This document shows positions 53,506 to 64,000 of a DNA stretch of 64,000 bases, in pieces. Source of the stretch: Octopus sinensis (Eukaryota); NCBI RefSeq assembly GCF_006345805.1, contig NC_043004.1:43338001-43402000 (forward strand), read 5' to 3'. The notes beneath the pieces were generated by a model. That model made no database searches and was not told the DNA's origin. It worked only from the letters and a program-made list of their open reading frames with translations. The position numbers were made by a program, and so were the translations under genes. How positions within the stretch are numbered: the first letter of the stretch is position 1; every line of letters starts with the position of its first letter.

Positions 53506-56058
53506 TGAATATATATTAATGTATATCTGTATATGCGTCTTCATATATTTGCGTGTATGTATATGTACGTGTATTTGAGTGTGTGTATGCATACACATAC
53601 ACGCATGTACAACCAAACACACTGAACCGTGATCATGTTAATATCAATGGTATAATTTTTTCCCATCTCTAAACAATTGACGAATTACTTTTCCAGTATG
53701 TTATTTATCAAAAATATAGGATTTCATATACCACATAACCCTTCGGATAGCCTGGTCTGGAATAATTAATTGACGTTTTCAATAATGATATAAAATAAGA
53801 TATTTCAATCTTTGCTGCAACTTTCAACGATTTCAAGTTATTTATGAGCACTCTATAATTGGTAAGCTGGCACTGTCATTTCGAAGTTTCCTTTTCTAAT
53901 GTTTTGGCATTGAAGCAAAACCAATCAAACCCCCTGCCGGAGTAACTTGGCGTTTCATGAATTAATGTTAATCCTAAACTATTGGTCTTGGCTTCTAATC
54001 GTATTTACACATTTAATTACTTTGACGTGAAAATTCAGAACTTTGCCAGTAAATGTCTTCAACAGGCCGAATAAGTTTTCCTTTTTAGAAATAAGCACGG
54101 ACGTAATGAAATAAAAAAAAATTGAGAAGCCTCGTTACTTGCTATGTGAAAAGATTTTAAAATCATATATATATATAAATGTGTTTCTGTTTGTGCGTAT
54201 GCGCAATCTTATTGCTTATATTTGGATACTACAAACTATTTTCTTTATTTTTTTCTTCTTTTAAATGCATACCTTAAAATGTACGTATCATGATCACAGG
54301 AAATAATCTGAAAATAATAAATGCATTTATATTTTCTACCAGTTAAATTATTAACGGTATAATCCAAGTTATTTTTCTTGCAAACATAACTTCTATTTTT
54401 CTCTATAACTTTTTATTAGATATAAAAATATTTTATATTTTTTATAAAGGCAATTGCGACTTTTTAATTTTTTAACTGCGGAAAAGATTGCCTTATAACC
54501 GCCAATGTGAGATGAATTGCCTCTTATGAAGCCACATTCTTTTATGTTTTGCAAATATAGGAATTTTTATACATACGCAACCAGTAAATTGCATGTTTTT
54601 TCTTTACTTAATGAAAATAGTGGTAAAATATATTTAGAATTACTCAATATTGTTAAGTGAGAGTCTTAAATAAAGAGCAATGCATGCAAACGTTTTTTGA
54701 TGTCTACATAAATTTAAACTTATTTTTAAAGAATTATTTTAAAGAAGATGGCTGTTTCGTGAACCTCTGGAAATAGTGAACCGATGGAATTACAAATTAT
54801 ACAGTCATGATTATACATGTGTTTATGTTAATGTGTGATTCTATGAGATTCTACAGTTTTAATCAAACATTAATTTTTTACATTTAAGTATGTTAAAGTG
54901 GGTTTCATGTAAGTCCATTATATCTAATGAATAAAAAATTTAGTACACAGATGAAACAATGTTGTTGTATTATTAGATAAAAGCAATTATTGGAATCATT
55001 ATCATAAAATTTATGTTACGTATACAGGTAAAAATGTTTTTCATTAGTTCAGAAGAAAATCAAATATCCTATAGATTAAAAATAAGCGATATATTGATTT
55101 TGAATAATATACAAGTTAACAATAATATAAATACATTTGAGGTATGTCATGCTTCAAGGAGTGTAGGAATTATTTTTATAGTCACATAAAGAATGACATA
55201 AATATAATATTTATCTAAATACAATACATTTAATGGTTATTGCTCAAAATAGTTTCTAAATTGATTTTGCATAACTGGTTTGGAATATGGAAATACAGAA
55301 TTAAATGCAAACAACGTCTTCTGTTGAACAAAACATATTGAAACGCCTCTAACATTTAGTGTGACATTCCAACAATTCACTAATTGAGATTGAATATTGG
55401 GAGTAGAGTAGGGTATACATTATGGTATTCCTAACTCACATTTATTAGCTGCACCACGAATTTTCCTAAGTTAAATCAGGAATTAAATTTAACAATAACA
55501 TTTCAAACGAGAACAAACAAAATGGAAGATATATAATACATTATATCAGATGTTTATTCCTGTTTCTTTCAATTTAGAAGAAATACTAGAAAATTTAATT
55601 GAAAACATTTAGGATCATGTCCGAATTTATGAATCACATTTTGATTCATTCCGAGTTATTTTCCTAAAGACATAAAATAGCAAAATATCTATTCAATGAT
55701 AGGTAACGAGGGACAGTCCAGACAAATGTTTATCTGCTATTGTTGACCAGAAAATAGAATTTTTCAACCGAATATTTTTCTATGATCTATTAATTTATAT
55801 CATTTTTATCTTGTAACTGCTTTTGTCAACAGATTGTAACAATACTTGGACACCGATTTCAAGAATTTAGTTGAAAAAAAATTACACCAGTACTTATTAT
55901 TTGTTTCTAAGCTGGTACCTAATCTATCGCTAAGATACAGGGAGGTAAACGCAAGCACTGATTGTCAAGCTTTGGTGGGAGAACAAAGATACTCACAAAG
56001 AATCCCTTCCTAATTATAACTTTATTTGTCTGTCACTCAATCTGAGTCTTACTGTCTT

Positions 56059-56107
<49 letters not shown>

Positions 56108-56819
56108 TATATATATATATATTTGTTTTTTTTTCATTTGTCTTGCTAGCTTACGTTTCTGGTGTGGTGAATTTTCTGGAGAACAATTCTTAGTGGTTGA
56201 GACCTATGTGGATCTCTATGTGGATCTCTATGTGGAAGGGCTTCCACATAGTGGTTCCCTCTTATATTTTTATATATATATATATATGTGTGTTTGTGTG
56301 TGTGTGTGTGCGCGTGTGTGTGTTTGTAAATGCAACGTACATCTGTTTCCGTTAGTCATTTTGAAGTGCATTCATTGATCGGCCTATTTAATCGGTCAAT
56401 TAATAGGTTGAGTAGAATTCAACGGCCTTAACGAATTAATGCTCTCCACATCACAGTGATAGTATTCTGCTGAAAAGGAAGCATGACAATGGTAAATGGA
56501 ACGGGAGTGAAAGGAGGCAATAAGTATTCGGTAGATGAAGGAGAAATAATAATAAGAAAAAAGGAAGTGATTAGTTGGAAGGTGAAGATTAAAAGGAAGA
56601 GAAGTAAGGAGAGAAGGAAGAGACAGAATAGACGAGAGGGGACACAGGATGGAAGAATGAAGAAAAGGATGACTATGTGACAGCACAAAATATCAGAGAG
56701 GGGAAATTAATGAAAACATTATTAACCTAAGAATGTGTAATTGTGACGTTGCATTCAAAAGCATTTCCATTTTCTACAGTCTAATCCTATACAGAGAGTG
56801 TCATGACAGTGAGATTGAA

Positions 56820-56907
<88 letters not shown>

Positions 56908-56912
<5 letters not shown>

Positions 56913-57221
56913 CATCATGATCACCGTGACCGACCAAGCTATCAGATGTTGCTACACATCGCTGGTTACAATGCGCTTCACATGGTTTTAGCCTTCAAAT
57001 GATGCCACTGCGCTGGTTAAGCGAGCAGGACAACAGAAGAAAGAGTGAGAGAAAGTTGTGGTAAAAGAGTAGAGCAGGGATCGCTACCACCCCATGCCGG
57101 AGCCTCGTGGAGCTTTAGGTGTTTTCGCTCAATGAACACTTACTGCACCCAGTCTGGGGATCAAAACCGCAATCCTACAACCGCGATGCCGCTGCCCTAA
57201 CCACTGGGTCATTGTGCCTCC
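56908..57221 (-). mobile_element. tRNA-derived SINE family C
   Basis: Minus head GGAGGCACAATGACCCAGTGGTTAGGGCAGCGG..GGTTTTGATCCC (A/B-box-like). Confidence 0.7.
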
Positions 57222-57257
57222 ACACATACACACATTCACACACACATTCACTCACAC

Positions 57258-57294
<37 letters not shown>

Positions 57295-58340
57295 CACGCA
57301 CACTCACTCACACACCTGTATGTACGCGCACACACATGCACATACACACACTTCCCCACACCCACACGTACATACATACACACTCACACACATACACACA
57401 CACACACACACACGGACATACATCTATGCACACACATACATACACACTCACATACATTCATCGGACACACTGCCACCCAGACATACACACAGACACACTC
57501 ACACATCCACACACATAGATACTTACGCACATACTCGCAGGCGCGCGCACACACGCGCTTGCGCCGGTTCGCGCACGCATACGCGCCGCATGCACCTCGC
57601 TCTTGGACCCGACGAGACCTCCCGCCCGTTCCTGGGACCGTCGCGTGTCGTTGGGTTTTCCCACGCCCGTCTCCGCGGGACCACTCTTCCATCTTCCCCT
57701 CAGCTGGAGTCCTTTTTTCCTTACCCCCCCCCCCTTTTTCGTTAACACACGCGCACACATATACACACATGCTTAAATATATACATTACTCTTACACACA
57801 TTCAATCTCTCGCCATTAATACCACCACGACACTGGACACACACACACACTACTACTCAACACACGCTGGCACGCTACATACGCTCCCACCCCTTCCCCT
57901 CCCTCCCTCCTCTTCCTTCTTTTTCTTACTACTGACCTTGTCTGCTAAGCTGACCACTAGTCTCGCCTACCTCACACGCCTACACACAGACGCACACACT
58001 AACACACACATATATTTTTTTTTTTTCATCTCGCCTCACACACACACATACACACACGCACACGCACACACTCACACATACACACACATCTGTTGCGTTA
58101 CCAACCTTGTCTCCACTCTTTTGCCTTTAAAAACCCACTTTGCTCTCGTTATCGTAAACATCCGCCTTTCACCATGTGCAACTCGTAAACACCAGTCGGT
58201 TTTTTCTCTTTCCCTGTTGCGCTCTGGGATCTTTCTTTCCTCTCTCTTCCTTCTTTATGTTTCCGACGAAGAGCTCTGCTCGAAACGTCATACCTCCCTG
58301 CTTCCATTTCCTGAGCGCCTATTAATAATAATACTGTAAT
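57295..58340 (+). repeat. Upstream pseudo-LTR of a C-rich PLE (copy of its 3' end)
   Basis: 57301-58168 is repeated at 63215-64000. It starts right after a (TA)n run. Confidence 0.85.
58259..58293 (+). ncRNA. Minimal (short stem III) hammerhead variant in the pseudo-LTR
   Basis: GTTT-CCGACGA-A-GAGC-TCT-GCTC-GAAACGTC-ATAC, with an ACGT palindrome. Predicted cleavage after 58289. Confidence 0.6.
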
Positions 58341-58590
58341 TGTTCCATTGTTGTTGTTTTTGTTTCCCGTTTGGATTAAAATTATACCACTGCGCGCCTA
58401 CCGGACCCTTGTACCTTGGATACCAACTCCCGGATTTTTTGCACCTACGGATATTGTTACCATTCTTACTGACCTATGGACCACCCGCAACCTTCTTCCG
58501 GAGTACCGCTATTACCGTGATTGAAAATCATTACCTAATCTGTCCGTTGACTCTCAAATCTCTTTCCTGGCTTTTTTCAACTTTTTTCTA

Positions 58591-61530
58591 TTGTTTTCAA
58601 ACCGTCTTCACCCTTTTTCTTCTTTCGTTGTTTTCCTGTTGTCTCTCCTTTTTCCTGGTTCGCCACCACCCACCTTTACCTGTTTGCCACCACTTCTCAT
58701 CATGCCTGACTTTCACTCGTTCGTCCAACACCTTCAATCCCTCCTCAGCCGCTACCTCGCGTTCTTCCCCCCACAATGTTCCGCACCTGCTATAAAACTT
58801 TCCCGCTTGCTTTTTAAGAAAACCCGCCACTCTAGTCATCTTTCCTTTCTTAGCCGGTGCCTCCGCCATCATGTCACACCCCGCGGTTTCCTCTTGAAGT
58901 TCCACGCTACCCCCTATTCCTCCCCCTTCATCGAACACACCCTCGCTCGTACCTCCCGCTCCCTCCTCCGCGCCACCATCCGCTCCACCCGCCCCCTCCT
59001 TGACTCCCTCGACCATCTACTTCCCCAGGCCTACCTCCTCTCTCCGCCCTCTGCCCTCCACTCTTCACCCAACCTATCCTCCGCTTCATTCTTAATCTCA
59101 ACCACCAACTCTACAACCACCTCACATACACAAAAAACAAAAAGCTCCACCTCCCCTCACCCTCACCCCCTTCCCCATCCTCCCCCACTGTTCCCCCCCC
59201 TCCTTCGCACCTACCCCACCCTTCCACGGACCCCCACCCCCCACCGTGACATTCCTACGCCTAACCCATCTTCACCCAACCACCTCTACCCTCCCCTTCA
59301 CACCCCTGCACCCCCTCCACCTGCCCCTAGTCCTCCCACCACCCCGCTTCCTCGCGCTGTTGTCACTATACCCCCCACCTCCCCCTCTCCGCCGCTGAGC
59401 GCTCCCTCCTCAGTAAGGGTCTCCGCTTCACGCCACTCACGCCCACTGTGATGAGTTCGAGACTCGGGCGGACGTCAACTGTTCCTGCGCCGCCTCAACT
59501 TCGCGCATACTACCACGCGTCCCCGCAGCGTCACAACAATCAGGATTGCCTTTTGGAGCTGGGGCGTCGTCCATCCATCTGGACGCCGCCCCCAGGCCTT
59601 TTCAGTAGCCTAGATCGTTTGTACATGACTGCAAACGCTTTGGTCCACCGTTTCAACTTTGAACCAAGACCCCGCCGAGCCAACCTCACTCGGGCCGAAT
59701 CCATTGCCCTTCGCCACCTCCCGCCGTGTGATGACATTGTCATCAAACCGGCGGACAAAAGCGGGGCAGTGGTAGTGTGGCGCGCGGACCTATACAGGGA
59801 GGAAGCGCTCAACCAGCTTCAAAATCCACTCTTCTATCGCCTCCCCTCCGATCCCACCTCCTCCTACCAACAGCGAGTGTCCTCCACCATCCACGACCTC
59901 ATCTCTCCTCCGCTCTCCCCCTCACCGCACCAACCTCATCGTCCGCACACCCCGCACCTCCACCATCTACTTCCTTCCCAAGATCCATAAACCCTCTAAT
60001 CCTGGCCGTCCCATAGTCTCTGCCTGTAATTGCCCCACTGAACTCATCTCCCTATACCTCGACCGCATCCTGTCCCCTTAGTCGCAGCCCTCCCATCCCA
60101 CATACACGACACCAACCACGCCCTCCGTCTCTTCATTCCTTTTCCTTCCCTTCCAGCCCCTCACACCTCCTCTTCACTTAGATGTAAAATCCCTGTACAC
60201 AGTGATTCCCCACAATGACGTCTCCTAGCCCTCCAACACTTCCTCGACCGTCGTCCCGACCCCACCCCCAGTACCCCCACCCTTCTCCGTTTGGCTGAGC
60301 TCGTCCTCACCCTCATTGCTTCACGTTCGCCGGGAAACGTACAAAAGGTGTCCGGGGTCGCGATGGGAACTAGGATGGGCCCCAATTTCGCAATCTCTTT
60401 CTTGGCTACATTGAGGCCCAAGTGTTCTCCCAGTTCTCTGGGCCGACCCCCGAACTATACGGTCGCTATATCGACGACTGCGTAGGTGCCACCTCCCTTT
60501 CCCGTGAACTTCTCTGCCAATTCATCTCTTCCTTTCCAACTTTCACCCCTCTCTTCAATTCACCTCCACCATCTCCAACACCTCTGTCAACTTCCTTGAC
60601 ATCTCTCTCCGCATCGATCACCCCTCCAGCTCTCTCACCACCACCGCCTTTTTTAAACCTACGGATTCCCACCTCTATCTCAACTTCTCTTCCTCCCACC
60701 CCTTCCACACCAAACGAGCCATCCCCTACTCCCAGTTCCTCCGCCTCCGACGTTTGTGCAGCCGCGACCAGGATTTCGAGACCCAATCTCAATACCTGGC
60801 CCGCATGTTCAGACTCCGAGGTTACCCACCCATACTCCTCTCTGATGCCCTCACCCGCGCCCGTCGCATCGACCGCACTACCGCCCTGTCTCCTTCCCCC
60901 CGCCCACCCCCAACCGCACCCCCTTCCTCCACCTTTTCCACCCCTCTACCCTACCCCTTCGCCGCAAGATACTACGTGCCTTCCGTCTTCTACAGCTTGA
61001 TCCCACCACCCGCCCCATTTCCCTAACCTACCCCTGTCCTCTTTCAAACGAGCCCGCAATCTGCGCGACCTCCTGGTCCACAGCACCCTCTCTCCTCCCC
61101 CCTCAGCCCCACACGGATCATTCCCTTGCTCTAGATCCCGCTGCAACACTTGCCCCTTCATCACCAACACCACCGCTGTCACCGGCTCCAACCTGCACAC
61201 TGTACGCATTAGGCACTCTTTTACGTGCACCTCGTCTGGCCTTATTTACTGCATTAAATGCAACCTATGCGGGATGCTGTATGTAGGACAGACGGGACGC
61301 CGGTTGTCCGACCGTTTCACTGAACACTTGAGGGACGTTCGCCTACACTCTCTTTCTCCGTCGCATGCCACTTCCGCTCGGCCGGCCATTCCCTAGATGA
61401 CATCTCAGTGTTTGGTCTCGCCCCCCACCATGGTCGCCCACTTTCCACGCTCCACTTGGAGCAACGCTACATCTTCACCTACAAACTACCACCCCACACG
61501 GACTTAACACAGCCCCCTCCTCTTGAGATC
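58591..61530 (+). pseudogene. Near-full-length PLE ORF (N-terminal domain, RT, GIY-YIG; Neptune/Naiad-type), many 1-nt frameshifts
   Basis: HLSFLSRCLRHHVTPRGFLLKF, SKGLRFTP, IVIKPADKSGAVVV, IYFLPKIHK..GRPIVS, LDVKSLYTVIPH, GVAMGTRMGP, YGRYIDD, VNFLDI, CSRSRCNTC, FTCTSSGLIYCIKCNLCGMLYVGQT..EH..H. Confidence 0.92.
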
Positions 61531-64000
61531 CGTTTTTTTTTTTTTGTTGACACACCACCCACACCCACCCACCCACCTACATCCCACACGCCACACCCAC
61601 CACCTACCTCCCACACACACCCACCTACCTCCCACACGCCTGTTCACACACACATACGTAGACCCATCTACGTACATACATTCACACATTTAATCACACA
61701 CACTTACAGACATACTAGCACACACTAACATACAAACCAACATGCACATACACACACACATACATACATACGCACACACATACATACTTACACACACACA
61801 CACACACACAGACATACATACACACATACACACACACATACATACGCACATACATACACACACACTCACACACACACACCGCACGTACATACTTCACACA
61901 CACACATGCAAACATACATGTAGGCACATACATACATACATACCCACACATGCACACCCTTACACTGAATGCACACACACATACACCTTTTTGCATCCAG
62001 GCAGCCCCCCCTCTTTTCTGCTTTCCGGTTTTGGCTGATGGATCCTCGGTTCCCGCGTAGCGGGGCGTTCGAGGCCTTTGCGCTCGCGCGCTTGGCGCGC
62101 GCTGGGGGCTTGGTCGGCCCCTTGGGCTTGCGTTGTACTGCTTGTGGCGTTGTGCGTGAGCGCGCTTCGTGTGTGTGGGCTTGCTTCGGATGTGCGCGTG
62201 CGTTTGTATGCATACATACCCACACACTCGCATGCATCCCTACCCACATACATACACGCACACTACTCACACACACATACACACACATACCTGCACACAC
62301 ACACACATACATACATACACATACATACCTACTTCAGACATACCACACCAGACATACACCCTACACTCACACTCACACGCATACACACACACACATACAT
62401 ACGCACACGTACACATACACATACACACCTACATACATACATTACACTTGTATACACACACACTTACATTCATACACACACACACCTACACAGCCATACC
62501 CTCACTCAGAGACACACATCTACCTACACACACACACAAACACACACGGACAACACCCCATACATACATACATCTACACACACACGCCTACACACATACA
62601 TACACACATACATAAACACACACACATACACATATACAAACATACGCACACACACATATACTTATACACATGCACACACACACTACTACATACACCCATA
62701 TACATACACACACACATACCCACATACTCCTATACGCACATACATACACACATACCATACACACATACACACTCACACAAACATACACACACACATACTT
62801 ACACACACACTCACCTGCACGCGCACACACCTACATACACACACATATACACACGCCCACACACCTACATACACACACATACATATACACACATACACGG
62901 ACACACCCATACATACTTACATACATACACCTATACACACACGCATACACACCTACATACACACACATGCATACACACACACACACATGTACGCACATAA
63001 CACACATATACGCACATACATATATACCCACACACATGCACACACCACACACATACGCACATGCATGCATGCATGCACACGCGCACACCTACACGCATAC
63101 ACACACACACACGCACGTACACATACATACATACACACAGCATACATACACCCATACACATACATGCATGCTACACACACATACATACACAACACACATA
63201 CATACACACACACACACTCACTCACACACCTGTATGTACGCGCACACACATGCACATACACACACTTCCCCACACCCACACGTACATACATACACACTCA
63301 CACACATCCACACACATACATACTTACGCGCATACTCGGAGGCGCGCGCACACACGCGCTTGCGCCGGTTCGCGCACGCATACGCGCCGCATGCACCTCG
63401 CTCTTGGACCCGACGAGACCTCCCGCCCGTTCCTGGGACCGTCGCGTGTCGTTGGGTTTTCCCACGCCCGTCTCCGCGGGACCACTCTTCCATCTTCCCC
63501 TCAGCTGGAGTCCTTTTTCCTTAACCCCCCCTCTTTTCGTTACACACACGCGCACACATATACACACATTGCTTAAATATATACATTACTCTTACACACA
63601 TTCAATCTACTCGCCATTAATACCACCACGACACTGGACACAAACACACACTACTACTCAACACACGCTGGCACGCTACATACGCCCCCACCCCTTCCCC
63701 TCCCTCCCTTCCTCCTTCCTTCTTTTTCTTACTACTGACCTTGTCTGCTAAGCTGACCACTTGTCTCGCCCTACCTCACACGCCTACACACAGACGCACA
63801 CACTAACACACACAATATATTTTTTTTTGTTTTTCATCTCGCCTCACACACACACATACACACACGCACACGCACACACCACACATACACACACGCACAC
63901 GCACACACTCACACATACACACACATCTGTTGCGTTACCAACCTGTCTCCACTCTTTTGCCTTTAAAAACCCACTTTCTCCGTTATCGTAAACATCCGCC
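61530..64000 (+). repeat. PLE 3' UTR / downstream pseudo-LTR: degenerate (CA)n arrays with two GC-rich islands; runs off the window
   Basis: Low-complexity CA arrays. 63215-64000 matches the upstream pseudo-LTR. Confidence 0.8.

Noticed and set aside
62000-62085. HDV-like ribozyme
   Set aside because: Only a P1-like pairing plus GG is seen. There is no P3/L3, P2 partner or catalytic J4/2.

Overview
AT-rich eukaryotic DNA, dense in microsatellites and repeats, with no host gene I can support. The tRNA-derived SINE families and (TA)n density point to an octopus-type cephalopod genome (inference from recalled repeat families, not a database hit). Most of the computed ORFs are microsatellite artefacts. 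The real coding signal is transposon-derived: at least six Penelope-like element (PLE; RT + C-terminal GIY-YIG) copies or fragments from two families, a Tx1/L1-clade LINE 3' fragment, two R4/Dong-like RLE LINE fragments and a mariner remnant. Non-coding elements include an IR/DR Tc1-type element, MITEs, Helitron-type elements and about 13 SINEs. The most interesting layer is RNA structure. At 8616-9066 there is a 355-nt circularly permuted, highly base-paired unit with a textbook type I hammerhead ribozyme, i.e. a retrozyme-like element. Further short-stem-III hammerhead-like motifs mark PLE ends. Two insertions are head-to-head or fold-back and sit in (TA)n: a 220-bp palindrome, and a PLE pair with 817-bp inverted arms. 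All coordinates were read by eye and may be off by a few bases. Many frameshifts fall in homopolymers and could be sequencing errors.
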